Notes: a model not told the origin generated them from the sequence alone. Shown: positions 21,726 to 31,451, counted from the whole stretch's first letter. The stretch is 63,674 bases of DNA, filler included, from Licmophora abbreviata (GCA_900291995.1; 13 parts of 13 records of this genome joined end to end with filler, not necessarily neighbours in it); one strand, 5' to 3'. Program-made: numbers and translations.

Positions 21726-22409
21726 TCAGCGCGGGCCTTTCCAGTCGATCTGGCAGATCTCGGCGCTGCGGCCATCGAAATCCCAGACCCGGCCAAAGGC
21801 ACGGACCCGACCCTTGGTGGCGGTGGCCACGGTGATGTCGGGGCCCATCCAGTATTCCGTGTTGGTCACCACGATATCCTCGCCATTATGGCCCGACACG
21901 GGGACGACCTCGCCCTGGATCTTCTTGCCCACCATCAACCGGCGTGTCTTGCCTTCGGTTTCGAACACCACCGGCGCGCGCTCGGCGCCCAGAAACTCGC
22001 TGACCAGAATGCCGAACAGCCCCGTGGTGCCGCGCGCCTTGCCGCTGAAGATATCCACCAGCGCGGTATAGGCGTCATTGCTGGCGCGCTCGTCGATATA
22101 GGCCGCGGCCTTCCAGTTGCCCCGTGCCATCAGGCCCGGGATCTCCAGCATCAGCCCGACATTCAGCCCCGACAGATCCGTGTCGCCATAATGCCCCTCG
22201 TCGATGCGCACCCCAGACCAGGCCTGGCAATAGCCCTCGGTCGGCGGATGCTGACCAAGCGAGACAACGCAAGGGCAGAACACCGTGCAATTGCAGTTCA
22301 GGATGAGTTCCCCCTTGATCGCCCATGGCACGGTGCCATGGCCCGATTTCGGCACACCGGGCATCCGGTTGTCGATCTTGGCGGGTGTGTCCAGTCTGTC
22401 AGCGGCCAT
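21726..22409 (-). CDS. DUF1326-family protein (Cys-rich N-terminus)
   Basis: W.IKGE..LNCNC.VFCPC...HPPTEGYC motif; paired with DUF2182. Confidence 0.85.
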   Translation of the reverse strand: MAADRLDTPAKIDNRMPGVPKSGHGTVPWAIKGELILNCNCTVFCPCVVSLGQHPPTEGYCQAWSGVRIDEGHYGDTDLSGLNVGLMLEIPGLMARGNWKAAAYIDERASNDAYTALVDIFSGKARGTTGLFGILVSEFLGAERAPVVFETEGKTRRLMVGKKIQGEVVPVSGHNGEDIVVTNTEYWMGPDITVATATKGRVRAFGRVWDFDGRSAEICQIDWKGPR

Positions 22410-22427
22410 CTGCGGCCCTCCCTTTGC

Positions 22428-23188
22428 TCAAATCCCGGCGCCAAGCGCCATCCAGCCCGCCGCCGCCAGCAGCACGACCCCCAAGGGGCGCGTGAGCCAA
22501 CGGCCAAGATCGGGCAGTTTCTCGATCACCATGACCACCGTCGCAAGGCCCATGAACGCCAGGTTCATGACCCCCCCCAGAAGGCCAGCGCCATCAGCGC
22601 CCAGCAACAGCCAAGACAGACCGCGCCAAGCCGCAAACCGTTGCGCCACGGCCCCTCGTCCCAATGCTGCATGAAGAACGAAAGCGGCGCGCGGCACTTG
22701 GCCAGACATGCCTCCTTCAGGGCGCTGAACTGATAGCCCCCCGCCAGCGCCAGCAGCCCCGCCGAGAGCCAGCCCGAGCGGCTGTCTCCGAAGGCGCTGA
22801 CCAGATCCGCCCGGAACAGCGCCATCTGCGCAGCGGCCGCCACCACCGAAAAGCCCAGCCAGACCGCAAGATACCCCGCCAGAAGCCGCCCGAAGCGGGT
22901 CTGGCCGCTATGGCCAAGCTCGTCATATGTGGCCAGCGCCGGCAGCGCCGTAGGCGCCATCATCGCCGCCGACATCAACGCCCACATCACGGTGATTCGC
23001 GCAAACCCCGCCGCATCGGGGGTGACCACGCACAGGCTGGCCAGAAATTCAGCGCCGTAAATGCGCCCCGCAACCCGCAGATCCGACGGCAGCGCCATCA
23101 CGTAAAGCGCGCCCCAGGCCAGCAAAATCAGGCCGAAAAGCATCAGCCAATGCCCCCCAGCCATCCGCCTGATACGTGCCGAAATCAT
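22428..23188 (-). CDS. DUF2182-family putative metal-binding membrane protein (frameshift at C8 run 22571-22578)
   Basis: MWALMSAAMMAP, YQFSALKEACLAKCR, CLGCCWALM, then GVMNL...IEKLP in the shifted frame; GGAGAGG SD before ATG 23188. Confidence 0.85.
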
Positions 23189-23222
23189 GCGCCCTCTCCG
23201 CGACTCGATGCTTGCGCCGAAA

Positions 23223-23248
23223 TTGTCAGACATTTAAATGTAAGACAA
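23223..23248. promoter_or_regulatory. FadR/GntR-type operator (26-bp palindrome)
   Basis: TTGTC-ag-ACATTTAAATGT-aa-GACAA, made of two TGT-N3-ACA sites, in the 60-bp divergent intergenic region. Confidence 0.8.
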
Positions 23249-23998
23249 ATGAAAATTGATCCCGCCAACAAAGCCGACCTCTCGGCCCAGATCGCCGAAG
23301 CGATCCGCGACGCCATCGTCGAGGGCCGCATGATCGTGGACGAGCGCCTGCCCTCCGAGGCCGAGCTTGCCGACCAGTTCGAGGTGTCGCGCCCCACCGT
23401 GCGCGAGGCGCTCAAGCGGCTGGCCGCGCAATCGCTCATTCGCACGCAGCGAGGCGCGTTCGGCGGCGCCTTCGTCAACCGGCTCAGCTATGAAGGTGCC
23501 TACGGCCAGCATATCACCACCTCAACGCTGCTTTTGTCGATGAACGCGGTCAGCTTCGAGACCGCCTGCGAGGCGCGCTACGCACTCGAACGCGCCTGCA
23601 CGCCGCTGGCCTGCGCGCGCCGCACCGCCGATCATCTGGCCACCATGCGGGCCGAAATTCACCGCCAGGCACAGCCGGGCCTGTCGGATGAATCCTTCTG
23701 CGCCTCGGATGTGGCCTTTCACCGCGCGCTCGTGGATGCCGCCGGCAACCCGGTGCTCAGCTACCATCTGGCCGGCGCTGTCGAGGCGATGCAGCCCTTG
23801 ATGAACATGATTACCTTCACCGCCCGCTCGCGCGAGTTGATCGAGCGGTTGCACACCCGCATCGCCGATGCCCTTCAGGCACAGGATGCCACCGCCGCCG
23901 AAACCGCCCTGCACGAGCTCGAAGCCTATACGCTCACCCTCGGGCGCGACGTGATGGCCGCCCATGCCCGCAAATCGGCGCCTGTTTCTTCTGGCTGA
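23249..23998 (+). CDS. FadR-subfamily GntR regulator (probable DmdR-type regulator of dmdA/acuI)
   Basis: MKIDPANK...RLPSEAELADQFEVSRPTVREAL wHTH plus FCD domain (DVAFHRAL..AAGN); divergent from the dmdA operon. Confidence 0.9.
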   Translation: MKIDPANKADLSAQIAEAIRDAIVEGRMIVDERLPSEAELADQFEVSRPTVREALKRLAAQSLIRTQRGAFGGAFVNRLSYEGAYGQHITTSTLLLSMNAVSFETACEARYALERACTPLACARRTADHLATMRAEIHRQAQPGLSDESFCASDVAFHRALVDAAGNPVLSYHLAGAVEAMQPLMNMITFTARSRELIERLHTRIADALQAQDATAAETALHELEAYTLTLGRDVMAAHARKSAPVSSG

Positions 23999-24012
23999 AA
24001 ATATCCCGGGGG
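23984..24012 (+). repeat. REP-like element, copy 2 (truncated by gap)
   Basis: GTTTCTTCTGGCTGAAAATATCCCGGGGG overlapping the regulator stop codon. Confidence 0.8.
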
Positions 24013-24112
24013 NNNNNNNNNNNNNNNNNNNNNNNNNNNNNNNNNNNNNNNNNNNNTTAATTAATTAANNNNNNNNNNNNNNNNNNNNNNNNNNNNNNNN
24101 NNNNNNNNNNNN

Positions 24113-24751
24113 CATGATCTCCTCGCCATCGCCGCCGCGCAGGGCGTATTCGATCAGCGTCACCAATGTTTCGCGGCGCGTGCTCAGCGACGGCGCCTCA
24201 AGCAGCGCCTGCTTGTCTTCGGGCTCAAACCCCAGCAGCATGGAGAGCGAGTTGATGAGCAATTCGTCATCCGCCTGCTCGAGCGACTCCCAATCCGTCT
24301 GCAACTCGCGCGACCTGAAATAGCGGTTCAGCAGATCGAGGAACCGTGCGCGGTCGAAACAGGTGTCGGGCTCCGGCGGGCTCATGTCCCGCTCGAACCC
24401 GCTCCACGAAACACGGGTCCGGCGGTAGGGCTGAAAGCCTTCGACCTCTTCGAGGACGCGAAAGCGCGAAATGCCGGTCAGGGTGATCATGTATCGCCCG
24501 TCCTCGGTTTCGGAAAACTGCGTCACACGACCGACACAGCCGATCGTATGCAGCCCGGCGCGGTCGCCATCGCGGCCCGGATTGGGTTGCACCATCCCGA
24601 TCAGACGTCCCGGCGTCTTCAAGGCGTCATCGAGCAACGCCAGATAGCGCGGCTCGAACAGGTGCAGAGGCAGCCGAGAGCGCGGCAGAAGCAGCGCACC
24701 GGGCAGCGGAAAGACGGGGATCACCTCGGGAAGATCGGCCTTGTTGAACAT
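24113..24751 (-). CDS. Lon peptidase N-terminal substrate-binding domain protein (3' end in gap)
   Basis: IPVFPLPGALLLPRSRLPLHLFEPRY, GCVGR, DGRY; downstream of ybbN. Confidence 0.92.
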
Positions 24752-24777
24752 GGGTTGGAACTAGCCCACACCGGCGA

Positions 24778-25743
24778 TCAGGCAAATATCATCGAGCTCA
24801 ATTTTCGCCGACCGTTCAGAACAACAGGATCATTCGGTTTCAGGGCCTCGAAAATGGTGAACAACTGCTGCTTGGCGGCGGCCTCGTTCCACTCGCGATC
24901 CCGGCGGAAAAGCTCCAGCAATTCGTCCACTGCTTCGGCGGTCTGACCGCTCGCCTGCAGGGCCAGCGCCAGATCGAACCGGGCCTGATGATCCTCCGGG
25001 GCGGCGTCCACACGGGCGCGCAAGTCACTGACCGGGCCGGCGCTGGCGGCCTGTCGGGCCAGTTCGAGCTGCGCATTGGCCGCTTCGAGTTCCGGCGCCT
25101 TGGAAATCTCGGCCGGCGCGCCGTTCAGGATCGCCTCGGCCTGTTCCAGATCATCGAGCGCGATATAGGACCGCACCAGCCCGCCATAGGCGGCGGCGTT
25201 CTGCGCGTCTTCCTGAAGGATCGCCGCAAAGGTCTGCGCCGCATCCGCCGCTGCCCCCTGCTCGAGCATCTCTTCGGCGGCGGCCACAGCCTCGGCCAGC
25301 TCATCCCCCGGCGCCTGACCGCCCGATGCCGCGATCACACGTTCGATGAACGCCTCAAGCTCCGACGGCGGAACAGCCCCCTGGAACCCGTCGATCGGCT
25401 GGCCTTGCCAGAAGGCATAGACCGTGGGGATCGACTGTACCCGCAACTGCCCGGCGATCATCTGGTTTTCGTCGACATTGACCTTGACCATCTTCACCGC
25501 GCCGCCTGCCTTGGTCACAGCCNNNNNNNNNNNNNNNNNNNNNNNNNNNNNNNNNNNNNNNNNNNNTTAATTAATTAANNNNNNNNNNNNNNNNNNNNNN
25601 NNNNNNNNNNNNNNNNNNNNNNAGAAATCGACGATGACCGGAACGGTCCGACTGACATCGACAACCTCGGCCATGAAATCGGCCTCCGAGACATCTTTAA
25701 TCAGATCCTGTGCGGACGGCGCCTTGCCACCAAGTTCGATCAT
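24778..25743 (-). CDS. cnoX: Thioredoxin-TPR chaperedoxin CnoX/YbbN (split by gap; CxxC region not sequenced)
   Basis: 5' part MIELGGKAPSAQDLIKDVSEADFMAEVV...PVIVDF; 3' part KVNVDEN..VQSIPTV..GRRKLSSMIFA. Confidence 0.88.
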
Positions 25744-25781
25744 GTCGCGGACTCCAAGTTGTTGCGATCCCTATAGCGCCT

Positions 25782-25810
25782 AAATGGCGCAGCGTGGATG
25801 GTGTTGCAAG
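25782..25810 (-). promoter_or_regulatory. Possible RpoH-type promoter of cnoX
   Basis: CTTG-N19-CCATTT about 40 nt upstream of the ATG; cnoX is commonly heat-shock regulated. Confidence 0.35.
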
Positions 25811-26070
25811 GGGGGACCCCCCGTATCGGGGACTGCCGGGAGTGTCCGCGCCGCATCATCCTGACGCGACCACCGCCGCAGAGCCTACCCAGGGCGGGCA
25901 GCAATCCTACCGTGGCAGGTTTGCCGCCCTGAAGGACAAGACCCCTGGCAATCGTACACAGACAATAATTAACATTGTCCGCCCTTCTGACGCTGTTGTT
26001 ACATAGCAGGATTTAAATATAAGTATGGAAAACCTTACCTTTGGCCCCCTTGTCGCGCGGGCCGCGGCGT

Positions 26071-26859
26071 TCAGCAGTCGAATGTCGCGAAAACCGGGGC
26101 GTGATCGCTGGGTTGGTCCCACCCGCGCGCCGCGCGCAACACGCGGCTCGAGTGGAATGCATGCCGCAAATCAGCCGAGGCCCAGACGTGATCCAGCCGC
26201 CGGCCCTTGTCGGCGGCGTCCCAATCCTTGGCGCGGTAGGACCACCAGCTGTACAACTGGCCCTCGGGAATGTCGCTGCGGGTCACGTCCACCCAACCGC
26301 CGGCCTCCTGCACATCGCCCAGATGCGCCACTTCGATGGGGGTGTGGCTCACCACCTTGAGAAGTTGCTTGTGCGACCAGACATCATCCTCGCGCGGGGC
26401 GATGTTGAGATCCCCCACAAGGATCGCCTTTTCCGGGCGCCCGTCGCGGAACCAGTCGCGCATCTCGGTCAGATAATCCAGCTTCTGGCCGAATTTCTCG
26501 TTCTTGTCGCGATCCGGGATATCACCGCCCGCAGGCACATAGAAATTATGGATCACCACGCCGTTTTCCAGACGCCCCGCCACGTGCCTTGCATGGCCCA
26601 AAGCGGCGAAATCCATATCGCCCGCATCCTCGATCGGCAGTTTCGACAGGATCGCCACGCCGTTATAGCCCTTTTGCCCACGCGCCACCATGTAGGGGTA
26701 GCCAAGTGCTGCAAAGCTTTCGGCAGGGATCTTGTCGACCGGGCTTTTGCATTCCTGCAGGCACAGGATATCCGGCGCCTCCTCGCGCAAGAGCCTGGCC
26801 ACCAGCCCCTCGCGCAGACGGACCGAATTGATGTTCCATGTGGCCAGCGTGAATGCCAT
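26071..26859 (-). CDS. xth: Exodeoxyribonuclease III
   Basis: TWNINSVR, LCLQECK, GYNGVAI, GDLNIAP, SDHAPV. Confidence 0.96.
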   Translation of the reverse strand: MAFTLATWNINSVRLREGLVARLLREEAPDILCLQECKSPVDKIPAESFAALGYPYMVARGQKGYNGVAILSKLPIEDAGDMDFAALGHARHVAGRLENGVVIHNFYVPAGGDIPDRDKNEKFGQKLDYLTEMRDWFRDGRPEKAILVGDLNIAPREDDVWSHKQLLKVVSHTPIEVAHLGDVQEAGGWVDVTRSDIPEGQLYSWWSYRAKDWDAADKGRRLDHVWASADLRHAFHSSRVLRAARGWDQPSDHAPVFATFDC

Positions 26860-26956
26860 CTGTCGCCCCTTTCGTGGTCATGTCCCGATTGCCTTGGTCT
26901 ATACCGCGGCGGGGTCGAGATGCCACCCGGATATCGCCCGGGCGCCACCAAGGGGC

Positions 26957-27032
26957 AAAAAAGCCCCGGCACGAAGCCGGGGCCAGTCCAACAGGGAGGT
27001 TGCATGTGATAACCCGCACATGCGACGGGATT
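26957..27032 (-). ncRNA. Candidate FNR-activated small RNA (~76 nt)
   Basis: 5' hairpin GTCGCATGTG/CACATGCAAC, unpaired CCTCCCTGTTGGACT, terminator GCCCCGGC-TTCGT-GCCGGGGC-TTTTTT; FNR box centred at -41.5. Confidence 0.7.
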
Positions 27033-27066
27033 GGATGCAGGATGCCGCAACGCACGACCGCCTGCA

Positions 27067-27080
27067 TTGATCTAGGTCAA
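27067..27080. promoter_or_regulatory. FNR/FnrL (Crp-family) box
   Basis: TTGAT-CTAG-GTCAA, one mismatch to TTGAT-N4-ATCAA. Confidence 0.75.
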
Positions 27081-27112
27081 GACCGCTCAACTTCGCGGGT
27101 TGCCCGCCAGTG

Positions 27113-27799
27113 TCACATCAACAGGCGATAACCGCCCGATTCCGTAACCAGCAGGCGCGCATTCGAAGGGTCCGGCTCGATCTTCTGGCGCAGGCGGTAG
27201 ATATGCGTCTCCAGCGTATGCGTCGTCACACCAGCATTGTAGCCCCACACCTCATGTAGAAGCACATCGCGTGCCACAACGCCTTCCGGCGAGCGATAAA
27301 GGAATTTAAGGATATTGGTTTCCTTCTCGGTCAGACGGATCTTGCGGTCATTCTCGTCGATGAGAATCTTCATCGCGGGCTTGAACGTATAGGGTCCAAG
27401 CTGGAAAATCGCGTCCTCGGATTGCTCGTGCTGGCGCAACTGCGCGCGGATACGCGCCAGCAGAACCGGAAACTTGAAGGGCTTGGTGATATAGTCATTG
27501 GCGCCCGCATCAAGCCCGAGGATCGTGTCGGCATCCCCGTCATGGCCCGTCAGCATCATGATCGGCGCTTTCACCCCCTGCTTGCGCATGAGCCGGCACA
27601 ATTCGCGGCCATCGGTATCGGGCAGACCGACATCGAGGATCACCAGATCATAGATGCCGTCGCGCGCACGGGCCATCGCATCCGCGCCGGTGCCGGCTTC
27701 GAAAACGTCGAAATCCTCGGTCATCACGAGCTGTTCGCTCAGCGCCTCGCGCAGATCCTCGTCATCGTCCACCAGAAGTATTTTCTTGAGCTGTCCCAT
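27113..27799 (-). CDS. cenR: OmpR-family response regulator CenR
   Basis: ILLVDDDEDLREAL..., HEQSEDA, LTEKETNILKFLYR, VWGYNAGVTTHTLETHIYRLRQKIEPDP typical of CenR; orphan gene between xth and ribA. Confidence 0.85.
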   Translation of the reverse strand: MGQLKKILLVDDDEDLREALSEQLVMTEDFDVFEAGTGADAMARARDGIYDLVILDVGLPDTDGRELCRLMRKQGVKAPIMMLTGHDGDADTILGLDAGANDYITKPFKFPVLLARIRAQLRQHEQSEDAIFQLGPYTFKPAMKILIDENDRKIRLTEKETNILKFLYRSPEGVVARDVLLHEVWGYNAGVTTHTLETHIYRLRQKIEPDPSNARLLVTESGGYRLLM

Positions 27800-27961
27800 C
27801 ACAATCATCCTCGCGCTGTTTGGCCACAGATGCGCCCGAAGATGCGAAAGAGCAAGATTTGCAACATCCCCTTCACGCCCACGTGTTGGGATGCGAGGGA
27901 ATATTTCATTTCGTTTCAAAAAGCCCTACATCTGACGGGCCGAAATCTGGAAAGGCCCGCC

Positions 27962-29053
27962 ATGACCCTTGCCCCCGACCTGATCGAAACGCTCGCCCGG
28001 GCCAGAGCCGATCTGCGCATGGGCGTGCCCGTCGTGCTGCAGAACGACCGCGAGGCCGCGCTGGTCCTGGCCGCCGAAACGCTGGATGCGCAGCGTCTGG
28101 CCGATCTGCGCGCGCTTGGCCAGCAGCCGGTTCTGGCGATCAGCGCGCGCCGCGCGCAGACGCTCAAGGCGCGGGCCTATGACGGCGATGTGGCGCGGGT
28201 GATCGTGCCCCCCGATGCCAGCCTATCATGGGTTCTGGGGGTGGCCGATCCCGCCGACGATCTGAAGACCCCGATGAAAGGCCCGCTGATGACGGCGCGC
28301 GACGGATCGGCGGATCTGCACCGTCTGGCGCTCGATCTGGTGAAATCCGCGCGCCTCTTGCCTGCGGCGCTGATGCTCGATCTGACAGCCCCCGAAGCCT
28401 TTGCCGAGGCACACCACCTGACCCGGATTCCCGGCGTGGAGGCGGCAGCGCTCATGTCGCGGTCAAGCCCGCTCGATCCGGTGGTGAGCGCCCGGCTGCC
28501 CTTGGCCGTGTCCGAGGCGGGCCGGCTGCACATCTTCCGTCCCGAGGATGGCGGCGAAGAGCATTACGCCATCGAGATCGGCCAGCCCCGCCGCGACGCC
28601 CCGGTTCTGGCGCGGTTGCATTCGGCCTGTTTCACCGGCGACCTGATGGGCAGTCTGAAATGCGACTGCGGCCCGCAATTGCGCGGTGCCCTCGCCCAGA
28701 TGGGCGCCGAGGGCGCGGGCGTGCTGCTCTATCTCAATCAGGAAGGGCGCGGCATCGGCCTTGCCAACAAGATGCGCGCCTATAGCCTGCAGGATCAGGG
28801 CTTTGACACGGTCGAAGCCAATCACCGGCTGGGATTCGAGGATGACGAGCGCGATTTCCGCATCGGCGCCGACATTCTCAAGCGGATGGGCTTTTCGTCG
28901 GTCCGACTGCTGACCAACAATCCCGGCAAGATCGCCATGATGGAGCACTGCGGCGTCACCGTGGCCGAACGCGTCCCCCTGAAGGTGGGCGAGAACAGCC
29001 ATAACCGCGCCTATCTGGCCACCAAGGCGGCGAAATCCGGCCACCTGCTGTAA
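27962..29053 (+). CDS. ribA: GTP cyclohydrolase II
   Basis: RLHSACFTGD..GSLKCDC, QEGRGIGL.NK, LLTNNP; degenerate N-terminal RibB-like domain. Confidence 0.95.
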   Translation: MTLAPDLIETLARARADLRMGVPVVLQNDREAALVLAAETLDAQRLADLRALGQQPVLAISARRAQTLKARAYDGDVARVIVPPDASLSWVLGVADPADDLKTPMKGPLMTARDGSADLHRLALDLVKSARLLPAALMLDLTAPEAFAEAHHLTRIPGVEAAALMSRSSPLDPVVSARLPLAVSEAGRLHIFRPEDGGEEHYAIEIGQPRRDAPVLARLHSACFTGDLMGSLKCDCGPQLRGALAQMGAEGAGVLLYLNQEGRGIGLANKMRAYSLQDQGFDTVEANHRLGFEDDERDFRIGADILKRMGFSSVRLLTNNPGKIAMMEHCGVTVAERVPLKVGENSHNRAYLATKAAKSGHLL

Positions 29054-29076
29054 TCCTGCGGCGTGGTGCCAATTCA

Positions 29077-29121
29077 GGCGGGGGCCTCCGGCGGGGATAT
29101 TTGAGGCCAGAAGAAGCGCCG
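29077..29121 (-). repeat. REP-like element, copy 3 (CCGGAGGC-tail type)
   Basis: Reverse complement is identical over 45 nt to 33377-33421; lies between convergent ribA and pyrG. Confidence 0.9.
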
Positions 29122-29146
29122 AGTGCGCCGGGCCTGCAAGATGGGG

Positions 29147-30790
29147 TCAGACCAGTCGCGAGGTTTCCAGCGCAGCGCGGATGAAATCCGCAAAAAGCGG
29201 ATGCGGCGCGAAGGGTTTTGATTTCAGCTCGGGGTGGAACTGCACGCCGATGAACCACGGGTGATCCGACCATTCCACGATTTCGGGAAGCCGGCCATCG
29301 GGCGACATGCCGGAAAAGCACAAGCCGACCGCTTCGAGTTTTTCGCGATACTTGATATCCACCTCGTAGCGGTGGCGGTGACGCTCGTCGATCGCGGTGC
29401 CGCCGTAGATACCGGCGACGCGACTGCCGTCTTTCAAGGTGGCGTCATAGGCGCCGAGGCGCATGGTGCCGCCCTTGTCGTCCGAGACGTTGCGCTTGAC
29501 CTTTTCGTTGCCCTGCACCCATTCCTTGAGGTGATAGACCACGGGGGTGAAGCGTTTCTTTCCGGCCTCATGGTCGAATTCCTCGGAGCCCGCGTCTGTC
29601 AGCCCGGCGAGATTGCGCGCCGCCTCGATCACCGCCATCTGCATGCCGAGGCAGATGCCCATATAGGGGATCTTGCGCTCGCGGGCGAATTGCGCCGCCT
29701 TGATCTTGCCTTCGGTGCCGCGCTCGCCGAAGCCGCCGGGCACGAGAATCGCATGGAAGCCCTCGAGATGGGGGGCGGGATCTTGCGTGTCGAAAATCTC
29801 GGCATCGACCCATTGCACGCGCACCTTGACCCGGTTGGCCATGCCGCCATGGGTCAGCGCCTCCTTGATGGATTTGTAGGCATCCTCGAGCTGGGTGTAT
29901 TTGCCGACGATGGCCACCGTCACCTCACCGTCGGTATGGTGGATGCGGTCCACCACATCGAGCCATTTGCTGAGGTCGGGCTTGGGCGCGGGAGAAATCT
30001 GGAACGCGTCGAGCACCGCCTGATCGAGGCCCTCGTGATGATAGGCCAGCGGCGCCTCGTAGATCGAGCCGAGGTCATAGGCCGGGATCACGTCGGATTT
30101 GCGCACATTGCAAAAGAGCGCGATCTTCTCGCGTTCCTTGTCGGGAATGGGCTGTTCCGAGCGGCAGACAAGGATATCGGGCGCGATGCCGATGGATTGC
30201 AGTTCCTTGACCGAATGCTGGGTCGGCTTGGTCTTGAGCTCGCCACTGGCCGCAAGATAGGGCAACAGCGTCAGATGCATGTAGATGCAATTGCCACGCG
30301 GACGGTCATGGCCGAACTGGCGGATCGCCTCGAAGAACGGCAGCCCCTCGATGTCGCCTACAGTGCCGCCGATCTCGCAAAGCATGAAATCGACCTCGTC
30401 ATCGCCGATGGCCAGCCAGTCCTTGATCTCGTTGGTGACATGCGGGACGACCTGGATCGTCTTGCCCAGGTAATCGCCGCGGCGCTCTTTCTCGAGCACG
30501 TTGGAATAGATGCGCCCCGAGCTGACCGAGTCGCTCATCCGGGCAGGCACACCCGTGAAGCGTTCGTAATGGCCCAGATCGAGATCGGTTTCTGCCCCGT
30601 CATCGGTGACGAACACCTCGCCATGCTCAAAGGGCGACATCGTGCCGGGATCGACGTTGAGATAGGGATCGAGCTTGCGCAGCCGGACAGAGAAGCCGCG
30701 CGCCTGCAAAAGCGCGCCCAGTGCCGCCGAAGCCAGCCCCTTGCCGAGTGAGGAAACGACGCCGCCCGTGATGAAAATATACCGTGCCAT
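29147..30790 (-). CDS. pyrG: CTP synthase
   Basis: [38 protein letters not shown]. Confidence 0.99.
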   Translation of the reverse strand: MARYIFITGGVVSSLGKGLASAALGALLQARGFSVRLRKLDPYLNVDPGTMSPFEHGEVFVTDDGAETDLDLGHYERFTGVPARMSDSVSSGRIYSNVLEKERRGDYLGKTIQVVPHVTNEIKDWLAIGDDEVDFMLCEIGGTVGDIEGLPFFEAIRQFGHDRPRGNCIYMHLTLLPYLAASGELKTKPTQHSVKELQSIGIAPDILVCRSEQPIPDKEREKIALFCNVRKSDVIPAYDLGSIYEAPLAYHHEGLDQAVLDAFQISPAPKPDLSKWLDVVDRIHHTDGEVTVAIVGKYTQLEDAYKSIKEALTHGGMANRVKVRVQWVDAEIFDTQDPAPHLEGFHAILVPGGFGERGTEGKIKAAQFARERKIPYMGICLGMQMAVIEAARNLAGLTDAGSEEFDHEAGKKRFTPVVYHLKEWVQGNEKVKRNVSDDKGGTMRLGAYDATLKDGSRVAGIYGGTAIDERHRHRYEVDIKYREKLEAVGLCFSGMSPDGRLPEIVEWSDHPWFIGVQFHPELKSKPFAPHPLFADFIRAALETSRLV

Positions 30791-30962
30791 GCGCTGGCGA
30801 TCCCCCGTGAGTGTCTGCCTGATATCAGGCCAGTTCAGAGCCCTGTCCAGCCGGATTCGGCCATGGCATCACGGGACTCGACATATAATGGATTCTCGCG
30901 ACATGCGCAAGCGTACCGCAAGATGCTGTTGCGGCTGTCGGCCGTTCATCAAGCCATTGTGG

Positions 30963-31451
30963 TCAGTCAGCTGTCGGCGTCAGCGGCGCAGTATCGTCCG
31001 CAGCCGGTGGCAACAGATCGCCGCCCGTGCCTGGCAGCACCGGATCGGCCGGCTCGTCGCGCAGCGGCGCATCNNNNNNNNNNNNNNNNNNNNNNNNNNN
31101 NNNNNNNNNNNNNNNNNTTAATTAATTAANNNNNNNNNNNNNNNNNNNNNNNNNNNNNNNNNNNNNNNNNNNNCGGCTCGTCGCGCAGCGGCGCATCGGT
31201 GATCCGGTCGAGCACGGACGACCCGCCCGCCTTTTGCGCCGCCAATACGGTCAGCGTCAACGACGTGATGATGAAGGCGATCGCCAGGATCCAGGTGACC
31301 TTGCCCAGAGCCGTGGCCGCGGCCCGACCCGTCATGGCGCCGCCACCGCCACCGCCCATGCCAAGCCCCCCGCTTCGGAGCGCTGCAGCAGCACCACGCC
31401 GATCAGGGCGAGGGCCAGAAGGAGATGCACGGTGAGGACGACGTTTTCCAT
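30963..31451 (-). CDS. secG: Preprotein translocase SecG (1-nt frameshift near 31366-31373; gap linker with overlapping contig ends)
   Basis: MENVVLTVHLLLALALIGVVLLQRSE + GLGMGGGG...ALGKVTWILAIAF; contigs overlap by 24 nt; upstream of pyrG. Confidence 0.92.
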
